Assembly (NCBI GenBank): GCA_048938005.1 | Contig: JBHLMQ010000010.1 | Location: 1 to 64,000, forward strand | Direction of reading: 5' to 3' | DNA length: 64,000 nucleotides | Source of the DNA: Promethearchaeota archaeon | GTDB taxonomy: Archaea > Asgardarchaeota > Lokiarchaeia > Sigyniarchaeales > SOKP01 | In this document: in pieces, positions 55,803-64,000 of the stretch | Layout of the letters: each line of letters starts with the position of its first letter | How positions within the stretch are numbered: position 1 is the stretch's first letter | Program-made: the position numbers and the translations under genes | The notes under the pieces: model-generated | What the model was told of the DNA's origin: nothing | Databases searched by the model: none | Seen by the model: only the letters and a program-made list of their open reading frames with translations

Positions 55803-55964
55803 TTATAAGCATTTATTATCAAACTCTCTTGGAATAAAGGAAAAAAATTTAGGATCCTTAAATTCATGACCACACATTGGACAAACTATCTTAGCTTTTT
55901 CTGGTTTAATGTCAGAATATCTGAAACTAAAACCGCAAGCAGGACAAATTATTATTTCACTCAT
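55803..55964 (-). CDS. Small zinc-ribbon protein (53 aa), absent from the ORF track
   Basis: MSEIIICPACGFSFRYSDIKPEKAKIVCPMCGHEFKDP...: CPxCG-x16-CPxCG. Confidence 0.78.
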   Translation of the reverse strand: MSEIIICPACGFSFRYSDIKPEKAKIVCPMCGHEFKDPKFFSFIPREFDNKCL

Positions 55965-56000
55965 CTTCTATATTTCTATTTTAAAGTTTATTAATTTAAA

Positions 56001-57422
56001 TTAACTTGAAACCAGAATCAAGATTAAATCATTAACATTGCATCCTGTAGGACCAGTAATAATCTCGGTTCTAATTTTTCTAAAAAAACTATTAGAGTCA
56101 TTGTTATCCAAAAATCGTTTAATATCAATATCTTCTTCCTTAATATTGTCTACGACTGCATTATCAACTAGAGCTCCACATGCTGTGCTATTCCCCTCAA
56201 TTCCATCTAAGTTCGCTCCAATTATTAAAAAATTATATTCAAATTCTTTATCCTTTATAAAATCTAAAAAGCTTAACAACATCTCTTGGTTCCTTCCTCC
56301 TATACCATCACCTCTAATTGTTACAGTTAATTCACCAGTTCCAATTAAAGCTATTTTTTCACCGTTATTTTGACTTCGACTATCTTCTACTTGTTGTGAA
56401 ATTGTTCTAAAGAGTGATTTTCCAAACTCCTTAGCTTCACCAATTACGTTATTAGAAAAATATTTAACTTTAAATCCTTTATTCTTTAAGAAAGATTTAA
56501 TTTCATGGACAGCAGAAGTCACACTTCCAATTAGATAATTATAAACATTAGTAAAACACGGATCATTGGATTTTGGGTTTTCTAATTTTTGATTTGAGGA
56601 TCCTTTTTCTAGGTGATCTTTTACGGAGCTAGGAATAATGTCTAAAAGATGATATTTCTTTACAATTTCAAGAGCATCCTTAAATGTAGTTTTATCAGGA
56701 ACAGTTGGTCCAGAAGCGATTGAATCTAAATTATCTCCAACAACATCTGAAATAATTAAAGAAATTAATGTGGCACCGCTCTTATTGTATAATTTCTTTG
56801 CTAGATTACCTCCTTTAAATTCTGATAAATGTTTACGAATAGTATTAATTTCATGAATTGATGCCCCGGATGATAAAAGTAAGGAGTTGACACTCTTTAA
56901 ATCTTGAAGGGTTATACCCTGTTTTGGGAATGGAAGTAAAGAGGAACCTCCTCCAGAAATCAAACAGAGAAATAGATCATTTTTATTTGATTTTTCGATG
57001 ATTCTCATCATGGATTTAGTTCCTTTAAGGCCATCTTCATTAGGAATGGGATGAGAAGCAAAATTGATAGAAATTTTACTTTTTTCAAAGAACTTCTGGG
57101 TTTTTTCATCTTTTGGTATGTTAATATTCCCTTCGTATTCAATATCTTTCAATTCTATTAAAAATCTTTCAAGCGAGAATGCCATTTCAGCAGTTGCCTT
57201 ACCACCACCAATTATATAAATCTTTTTGAACTTATTCAAATCATACTCATCGTTTTCAATAAATAATTTCTTTTTATGGATTTTTACTGCTTTTTCCATT
57301 AAATTTTCAGGTTTTACAGCAGATATTGAAATTTCAAGAGCATTTATTCCAATTTCTCTTAAAACGAGTTGATTGTTATCTAAGTCTTTCAAGAGTAATT
57401 GTGAAGTATTTTTAATGTACAA
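56001..57422 (-). CDS. Glycerate 2-kinase (MOFRL/GK-II family)
   Basis: GGGKA, ASHPIP, LISGGGSSL, SDVVGD..IASGPT, GGRNQE and TGPTGCNVND. Likely start is TTG 57422 after GGGGT. Confidence 0.9.
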   Translation of the reverse strand: MYIKNTSQLLLKDLDNNQLVLREIGINALEISISAVKPENLMEKAVKIHKKKLFIENDEYDLNKFKKIYIIGGGKATAEMAFSLERFLIELKDIEYEGNINIPKDEKTQKFFEKSKISINFASHPIPNEDGLKGTKSMMRIIEKSNKNDLFLCLISGGGSSLLPFPKQGITLQDLKSVNSLLLSSGASIHEINTIRKHLSEFKGGNLAKKLYNKSGATLISLIISDVVGDNLDSIASGPTVPDKTTFKDALEIVKKYHLLDIIPSSVKDHLEKGSSNQKLENPKSNDPCFTNVYNYLIGSVTSAVHEIKSFLKNKGFKVKYFSNNVIGEAKEFGKSLFRTISQQVEDSRSQNNGEKIALIGTGELTVTIRGDGIGGRNQEMLLSFLDFIKDKEFEYNFLIIGANLDGIEGNSTACGALVDNAVVDNIKEEDIDIKRFLDNNDSNSFFRKIRTEIITGPTGCNVNDLILILVSS

Positions 57423-57587
57423 ATATACCCCTTCAATAAGAAAATAATTATAAGTGTTAAATTTCTGATATATAATCCTTTTCAATTTAATAAATTATTT
57501 GTATAAAATTTATTACTTATTGATCTATTAACAATTTTAACACCAAATTATATTTAAATTCAATAAAATCACTTTTTTGAAGTTCTT

Positions 57588-59069
57588 ATGTCAGATATTC
57601 TTTATGATATTGCAATTATAGGTGCTGGACCTGGGGGATACCATGCTGCAATAAGAGCGGCTCAATATGGCGCCAAAATCGCATTGATTGAGAAAAATAA
57701 ATTAGGAGGGACTTGCTTAAATCTTGGATGCATACCTACTAAAGCTTTATACGCTTCAGCGCAATTAATTGAAAAAATCCAGAATTTTGATGAATTTGGA
57801 TTAGAGATTAAAGATTATAAACTTAATTTTAAAAAAGCAGTAGAACGGAAAAACAGAGTTGTTCAAGCGTTGGTTGAAGGAATTGGTGCGTTAGAGAAGG
57901 CTTGGAAAAATGATTTATTTTATGGACATGGAAAAATTTTGGGAGGTAATATTTCTTCTGGGTTTGAAATCTCGATAGAAGGCGAAGATGATAAAATAAT
58001 TAAAGCAAAAAGAGTAATAATAGCTACAGGATCTTCACCTGCTTTAATTCCTGCGTTTAATATTGACCATGAAAAAATATTGACGAGTGATGATATTCTT
58101 GATCCTAAATTTACAACTGTTCCAAAGAGATTACTAATAATTGGCGCGGGTATAGTCGGATGTGAGTTTGCAAATATATTTGCAGCTTTTGGAAGCAAAG
58201 TAACAATGCTAGAGTACCTATCTTCGCCTATAGCGACAGAAGAACCTATGATTGTAAAAGAGCTATTAAAAAAATTTGAAAACTTAGGAATTGAAGTAAA
58301 AACGTCCCAGAACGTATTGTCTGTTGAAAATATAGGAACTGGTGTGAAAGTTATGACTTGTTCTGCCTCTATTCCAAGAGATCAAATTGAGGCTACTGAA
58401 AAATTTATATTTGAAGCCGATTTATGTTTAGTCTCAATTGGTAGAGTAAAAGAATCACAAAATTTAGGATTAGAGGATTTAGATATTAAAACTCATAGGG
58501 GCACAATTAAGTGTGACACTGAAACTTTAGAAACGTCTGTTAAAGGGATTTATGCAATTGGAGATGTTACTGGAGGATTGATGTTAGCTCATGTTGCATA
58601 TTATGAAGCAGATGTAGCTGTAGCGAATGCTTTAGCTAGTATAGGAGGCTTCCCAGTCAATAAAATGAAAACAGATTATAAGGTTGTTCCTGCAACAATA
58701 TTTACAACTCCTAATATTAGTTCTGTAGGATTTAGAAGAAAAGCAGCTAAAGATCGTGGAATTAATGTTATTATGGGTCAATTTCCATATCAATCGCTTG
58801 GAAAAGCAAAATGTATGGGAGAAGAGAAGGGTTTTATTATGACATTAGCTGATAAAGAAGATCTACGAATAATAGGGGCTTCATGTATCGGCATCGAGTC
58901 TTCTGAACTTATCGCAGAACTTGCTTTAGCAATAAAACATAACCTTAAAGTGCGTGATATCGCAGAAACTATTCATTGCCATCCTACAATATCTGAAATG
59001 GTACTTGAAGGAACCGAAGCTATTATTGGAAAGGCAATACATAAAAAAGGACGACCTTTATACCAATAG
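57588..59069 (+). CDS. lpdA: Dihydrolipoyl dehydrogenase
   Basis: GAGPGGY, GGTCLNLGCIPTK, LAHVA and HPTISE. Confidence 0.92.
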   Translation: MSDILYDIAIIGAGPGGYHAAIRAAQYGAKIALIEKNKLGGTCLNLGCIPTKALYASAQLIEKIQNFDEFGLEIKDYKLNFKKAVERKNRVVQALVEGIGALEKAWKNDLFYGHGKILGGNISSGFEISIEGEDDKIIKAKRVIIATGSSPALIPAFNIDHEKILTSDDILDPKFTTVPKRLLIIGAGIVGCEFANIFAAFGSKVTMLEYLSSPIATEEPMIVKELLKKFENLGIEVKTSQNVLSVENIGTGVKVMTCSASIPRDQIEATEKFIFEADLCLVSIGRVKESQNLGLEDLDIKTHRGTIKCDTETLETSVKGIYAIGDVTGGLMLAHVAYYEADVAVANALASIGGFPVNKMKTDYKVVPATIFTTPNISSVGFRRKAAKDRGINVIMGQFPYQSLGKAKCMGEEKGFIMTLADKEDLRIIGASCIGIESSELIAELALAIKHNLKVRDIAETIHCHPTISEMVLEGTEAIIGKAIHKKGRPLYQ

Positions 59070-59079
59070 ATAAATTTAT

Positions 59080-61131
59080 TTATCTATTAATATCCTTAAT
59101 CTTAAAAGAAATTAACTTTCCATCTTTAATGATTATTTCTCTATATGATCCAGCAGTTTTAGGGTTCTTATAGCTACCTAATCCTAGAGCCGGAGTTTGA
59201 ACGACAAAAGGTCCATTATCTCGTATTACTTTTGCATTAGTATATATCTCAGAATAATTATCATAAAATATTGCTGCTGGATTTTCAATTTTTTTCAATC
59301 TGAATGGAGGGGCATCATAAACACTTGATTTTTTCTCAGTATCTTCCAATCTAAATTCTTGATTACTATGTGTGTGACCACATAAAGTGAGTTTTGCATA
59401 ATTTTTGCAAAATTCAATAAGTCTTTCCCAATTTGATGATATACATCCGAATTTTACGTTAAATACACCATCAATACGTGCTGAAGATATAGGTTTTCCT
59501 AATTTTTTGATAAATGATTCTTTGAACTCACTTATCTTCTTTCTAATAATACGATGCCCTTTTTTTTCAAATATATTAATAGTTAACTTTTTTGATTCTG
59601 AGTTTAATGGAGGTCCATGCAAAAAAAGAAATGTATTTGTACTTTTATTTATTTGACTATTGATTAGATTTTCTAAATATTGTATTTGTTTATGTGAAAT
59701 TCCTGTAACAGATGGATGTCCGGTAATTAAATCTCTGATATTTCTATATGAGTCTGACCCAGTGTTCAAAATAATAAATAGATTATTCCCAAGTATTAAA
59801 GAAAAATCAATTGATGAGCTTATTTCTGATAAATACCCTTTTAAAGCTAACGAGGTCTTAGTTAAAGCTGTTATAGGTGAAGCGGAAAACATTTCATTCA
59901 ATGCAATTGCTTCAGAAGCATTTAGTCCAATTTTTTTATACATCTCTGCCCATGTTAAATCATAATGGAAAGGGCGATAATCATGATTCCCTATAGTGGT
60001 GAATATTGGACAATTTAATTCTTCACCCCTTATTACTCCTTTATGTTTTTCTTTTAGTGGAAGATTCAGGATTATATTTTTAAAAATCTGCCAATTGCTA
60101 TCTTTATACTTAAACTCATTTAATTTACGCAATTTTTTTGAAAATCTACTCAAAATTGTATAATCAACAAGATCTCCTGTCAATACAATGAAGTCAAGCT
60201 CATTTCTTAATACTTTCTTATTCATCAATTTTATAAATTTCCTAAATTGATTATTTGGATTAATCAAACGCTTCCTCAATGGGATTTTAATGTCAGATAA
60301 TAATCGTTCTGATGTCTTTTTCTTCTTTTTGATTTTCAATTTTTTTTTTACTGTCCTAAAAAAATCTTCAACACTCTCTCTGATGGAAGATTCAGTCCAT
60401 TTTTTTATGATTTCATACAACCTATCGTTACGTTCTGCTAAGTGCAAATCCGTTGCATGAACAAATGTGAAATCTTTCCATTTCTGTTTGGAAACTACAA
60501 GTGAATGATAATTTATACGGCTATTTGGGGAATGGATATCGAACATAACAAAATTTCGTTCCTTCAAAAATTTAAGGACTTCCTTACTTAAAGTAAATTC
60601 AACATATACTTTATAAAATCTATTTAATTCACCAAACACTTTATTCTTTATTAATAATTCTTGAGGACTAAAATCTTTTATATAAGAGATATCATGAATA
60701 GGTGTTATAGAAGAATTTTCAACATTTATTACTTTAGTAAAAATAGGTTCCCCTCTATGGAGTCGAGATTTTAATTTTTTTAGCTGTTCTAAATTTAGAT
60801 CTGTTTCTGATATAATTTTTGCTTTGTCTTTTATTAATTTCTTTTTTTTTTTTTTAGCTCTTCTCTCTCTCCATTTTGAAAACAAACCTTTAGGTTTTTT
60901 AGTAAAAATTAATTTATATGACAATTTATAATCGAATAAAGGAATTAAAGATATTTCTTTTTGAAGAGATCTACTAAAACTCTCTACATCTGAATCATTA
61001 CTAATAAAAAATAAATGAGTTCGAAAATTTTTATTTTTCAATTTACGATCTATTTTTAAAATTAACGGACGCCCCAAATTTGGACTAACAAGGACTGATT
61101 TTTCTGTTTTTCCTATTTCTGTCATATTCAA
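59080..61131 (-). CDS. Calcineurin-like metallophosphoesterase with long basic N-terminal extension
   Basis: TDLH, TGDLVD, GNHD, LHGP and CGHTH motifs. Confidence 0.85.
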   Translation of the reverse strand: MNMTEIGKTEKSVLVSPNLGRPLILKIDRKLKNKNFRTHLFFISNDSDVESFSRSLQKEISLIPLFDYKLSYKLIFTKKPKGLFSKWRERRAKKKKKKLIKDKAKIISETDLNLEQLKKLKSRLHRGEPIFTKVINVENSSITPIHDISYIKDFSPQELLIKNKVFGELNRFYKVYVEFTLSKEVLKFLKERNFVMFDIHSPNSRINYHSLVVSKQKWKDFTFVHATDLHLAERNDRLYEIIKKWTESSIRESVEDFFRTVKKKLKIKKKKKTSERLLSDIKIPLRKRLINPNNQFRKFIKLMNKKVLRNELDFIVLTGDLVDYTILSRFSKKLRKLNEFKYKDSNWQIFKNIILNLPLKEKHKGVIRGEELNCPIFTTIGNHDYRPFHYDLTWAEMYKKIGLNASEAIALNEMFSASPITALTKTSLALKGYLSEISSSIDFSLILGNNLFIILNTGSDSYRNIRDLITGHPSVTGISHKQIQYLENLINSQINKSTNTFLFLHGPPLNSESKKLTINIFEKKGHRIIRKKISEFKESFIKKLGKPISSARIDGVFNVKFGCISSNWERLIEFCKNYAKLTLCGHTHSNQEFRLEDTEKKSSVYDAPPFRLKKIENPAAIFYDNYSEIYTNAKVIRDNGPFVVQTPALGLGSYKNPKTAGSYREIIIKDGKLISFKIKDINR

Positions 61132-61304
61132 TTATTAAGGGGGTATTCTATTAATGAAGCTAATTATTAGATATATTTCAAAATTTTATACTTTTTCTTA
61201 TAAAATAATTGCGATTTAAAAATATAATTAAGTCTCTATTTTATAACTTCAATTATAAGCATATTATTTTAACTAAATATCGTAAAATATACTTATATTC
61301 TACT

Positions 61305-61586
61305 TTAAACACCTTCTAAATGAGCTAAATTGACAAATATTACGTTATCACCACGAACAACAATAGAACCTAAATTCTCATGCTCCTCCCGAATATTACC
61401 CTCATCATCTTGGTATTCAAAAATCTGACTGGTCTCTTCAAGATATAAATTTAAATGCTCATCAAATCCACCAAGTCGCCCTCTAAACAAACGATTGCGT
61501 TTAACTTTAATAAGGATTATTTTATTAACAGATGATTTTAAATAATCTATAGGGCGATTTGACCTCGTATAACTTTCACGTGACAT
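61305..61586 (-). CDS. Sm/Lsm-like protein (SmAP)
   Basis: Sm1 motif GRLGGFDEHLNLYL and Sm2 motif GSIVVRGDNVIFV. Confidence 0.93.
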   Translation of the reverse strand: MSRESYTRSNRPIDYLKSSVNKIILIKVKRNRLFRGRLGGFDEHLNLYLEETSQIFEYQDDEGNIREEHENLGSIVVRGDNVIFVNLAHLEGV

Positions 61587-61713
61587 TATTAATAAGACTC
61601 AAAAAAAACAATTATTCATAAAAAAATATTTATAATTACAATTAAATACACTATAAATTAAAACCTTTTGATTATTTTTATAGTTAAATACATAAAAACT
61701 CACATAAAAATCA

Positions 61714-61878
61714 ATGATAAAATTGTCTAAAGAAGAACAAGAGGATAAACGAACAGTAACATGTTGCGTTATGAATTGTCAGATAGAAGTGCCTATTGAT
61801 AAGGCAATAGTTATCGAGGGTAAATACTTTTGTCCTATTTGTGGTGTGGCTTATTATCGAAGTTTTCTCAATTTATAA
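61714..61878 (+). CDS. Small Cys4 zinc-finger protein (54 aa), absent from the ORF track
   Basis: MIKLSKEEQEDKRTVTCCVMNCQIEVPIDKAIVIEGKYFCPICGVAYYRSFLNL*. Confidence 0.7.
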   Translation: MIKLSKEEQEDKRTVTCCVMNCQIEVPIDKAIVIEGKYFCPICGVAYYRSFLNL

Positions 61879-61960
61879 TTTAATAATATGTTTGGTTATA
61901 ATCGTTTAAATTTTTATTATAAAATGTTTTTATATGATTATAAAAGAGCTGATTAATATT

Positions 61961-62053
61961 AGGCCCGTGGCGAAGCATGGATATCGCGGCAGCCTCCTAA
62001 CTTAAAGGAAAGGAGTAAGCTGACGATCGGGGGTTCAAATCCCCCCGGGCCTG
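61961..62053 (+). tRNA. tRNA-Arg(CCU) with 18-nt intron at position 37/38 (62000-62017)
   Basis: Acceptor AGGCCCG/CGGGCCT, D arm GCGA/TCGC, anticodon CCT at 61996-61998, T arm GGGGG-TTCAAAT-CCCCC, and intron GGAG pairing with CTCC (BHB-like). CCA is not encoded. Confidence 0.93.
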
Positions 62054-62104
62054 CTATTTTTCATCTTTGAAACTTTTTATATTATAGTTTTTTTTTCAAG
62101 TATA

Positions 62105-64000
62105 ATGAAAAAAAAATATGTTACTACATTATCCTATTTAAAAGTAGTAGTTAGACCCAGATTTCCAAAATTCGTTAGAATTTTTAATTCATATATAATG
62201 AAACATGGGGCTGTGCCTATTGTTAAGATTTTAGCTAAATTTTTGGGTCTTAATTTTCCTAAAAATGGAGTTAAAAAATATCCTGAATATATGGTAAATT
62301 TAGAGGATGGTACTAAATTAGCGACCGATGTATATGTTCCTAAAAAGATTTTCGAGAATCATGGTAAATGTGCTACTATATTAGTAAGATTACCATATTG
62401 GAAAGACAATTTAAGTATTATAGGTTATACATACGCCGCCTATGGATTTGTAGCAGTAATTCAAGATATTAGAGGAACAGGTCATTCAAGTGGCTTCAAT
62501 TATTATCTATTTACAGAGAGAGAAGATGGGTTAGAAACTTTAGAATGGATATCTAAACAATATTGGTATAACGGAAAAATAGGAATGGCAGGAGCAAGCT
62601 ATTTTGGCATCACTCAACTCACACTTTCATGGGATAATGAATATTTGACTTGTATTTCCCCGGCTATCACATCAACATTGAATTTATGGAAAAATAATGG
62701 AGGACTTGAGATTCATGCCTTAACTACTTCTATTTATAGGATAATGCTGAATATCGCCTCACATCAAGAGGCACCCAATGTTGATACATTAACAGAATTA
62801 ATGCAAGAACGATATTTGAATCCAAATTATGCTATATTTAATGATCCTATTAAAAAGAAAAGTGGAATTAGGTTATCTCAGTTAAAAGGTAAATCTATTA
62901 AAGAAGTTCAAGATCTTTTGGTAGCTTTTTATAATATTAAAAATTTTGATCCCTCTAAGCGTAGTCTCAAAATTTATTTTGAATTTTTAAATGATTTCTT
63001 AATTACAAGAGGTTTGGATAAGGACTCATACAAAATGTCTGGATTCTTGGAAATGGATGCGGAAAAAATTTCTCAACCTGTTTTTATGCTAGCTGGTTGG
63101 CAGGATATGTTTTTAGAGAAACAATTAGCAGATTTTATTGAAATCAAGGAGAAGGCAGTCGGAGATCCAAGAAAATATTCGAAATTGTTAATAGGTTCAT
63201 GGGCACATGGAGCGAGTGGACACCCTGAAAGCAAGATTCGAAATGCTGGAATGCTACGATTTTTCAAAGAATTCCTAAGTCTCGATTGGAACCGTTATTG
63301 GTTAATGGATGAAAAAAATGCATTTCCCGATATAAACAAACCTTCGATTAAATATTGGGTTATGGGAAGAAATATTTGGAGATATGCAGAGGATTGGCCA
63401 CCAAGAAATATTGACTATAAAAAATTGTACATTCATTCTGGTGGAAATGCAAATAGTATTAAAGGAGATGGCATACTAAATACTGAACAACCGACCAATG
63501 AAGCAGAAGATAAGTATATTTTTGATCCTATGAATCCAATTATAACTAAAGGTGGTAGAAATTTAGGTATTTTAAAGGGGGCTCAAGATCAAAAAGATGC
63601 TGAAAAAAGAACAGATGTGCTGATATACACTACTAAATCATTAGAGAAAGGAATAGAGATAACTGGTCCAGTGAAGATGATCCTATATGCCTCATCATCA
63701 GCAATAGATACAGATTTTATGGTCAAATTAGTTGATGTATTTCCTAGGGGGAAAGCGATTAATATTCTTGATGCTGGAATTCGTGCCCGGTTCAGAAATG
63801 ATGATGCTAATCCCTCGCTTATCGAGCCGGGAAAAGTGTATAAATATGAGATAGAATTAGGAAATACTTCAAATTACTTTAGGAAAGGACATCAAATACG
63901 AATTGAAATAACATCAAGTAATTTTCCAAGATTCGATATCAACTCAAACTTAGGAGGAGAAGGGAAACCAGGAAACTATTTTATTGCAGAACAAAAAGTT
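62105..64000 (+). CDS. CocE/NonD family serine hydrolase, 3'-truncated, absent from the ORF track
   Basis: DGTKLATDVYVP, QDIRGTGHS, nucleophile GASYFG, GWQD, GSWAH and TSSNFPRFD. Confidence 0.9.
   Translation, partial: MKKKYVTTLSYLKVVVRPRFPKFVRIFNSYIMKHGAVPIVKILAKFLGLNFPKNGVKKYPEYMVNLEDGTKLATDVYVPKKIFENHGKCATILVRLPYWKDNLSIIGYTYAAYGFVAVIQDIRGTGHSSGFNYYLFTEREDGLETLEWISKQYWYNGKIGMAGASYFGITQLTLSWDNEYLTCISPAITSTLNLWKNNGGLEIHALTTSIYRIMLNIASHQEAPNVDTLTELMQERYLNPNYAIFNDPIKKKSGIRLSQLKGKSIKEVQDLLVAFYNIKNFDPSKRSLKIYFEFLNDFLITRGLDKDSYKMSGFLEMDAEKISQPVFMLAGWQDMFLEKQLADFIEIKEKAVGDPRKYSKLLIGSWAHGASGHPESKIRNAGMLRFFKEFLSLDWNRYWLMDEKNAFPDINKPSIKYWVMGRNIWRYAEDWPPRNIDYKKLYIHSGGNANSIKGDGILNTEQPTNEAEDKYIFDPMNPIITKGGRNLGILKGAQDQKDAEKRTDVLIYTTKSLEKGIEITGPVKMILYASSSAIDTDFMVKLVDVFPRGKAINILDAGIRARFRNDDANPSLIEPGKVYKYEIELGNTSNYFRKGHQIRIEITSSNFPRFDINSNLGGEGKPGNYFIAEQKV

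Overview
AT-rich archaeal chromosome segment. It is inferred to be Asgard, probably Lokiarchaeia-like, from an archaeal-type LeuRS, a tRNA-Arg with a BHB-type intron, an Sm protein, an LRR protein and longin-like and mu-homology-like proteins. It mostly encodes anaerobic heterotrophic metabolism: thiolases, a 2-hydroxyacyl-CoA dehydratase with its activator, an FAD/Fe-S oxidoreductase pair, a glycyl-radical enzyme cluster with Fe-ADH and AOR, a peptide ABC transporter, and CoA ligases and a CoA transferase. It also has a GC-rich katG-fur pair. The most striking unannotated signal lies 5' of leuS. A 28-codon Leu-rich leader ORF is followed by mutually exclusive RNA helices, one of which sequesters the Shine-Dalgarno sequence. 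This is a candidate ribosome-mediated, leucine-sensing attenuator in an archaeon. Other highlights are a longin / beta-propeller / mu-homology-like cluster, ABC ATPases fused to polytopic membrane domains, and a GRE of unknown substrate. No CRISPR array, rRNA or transposase was seen. All product calls come from motif recognition by eye, without database searches.
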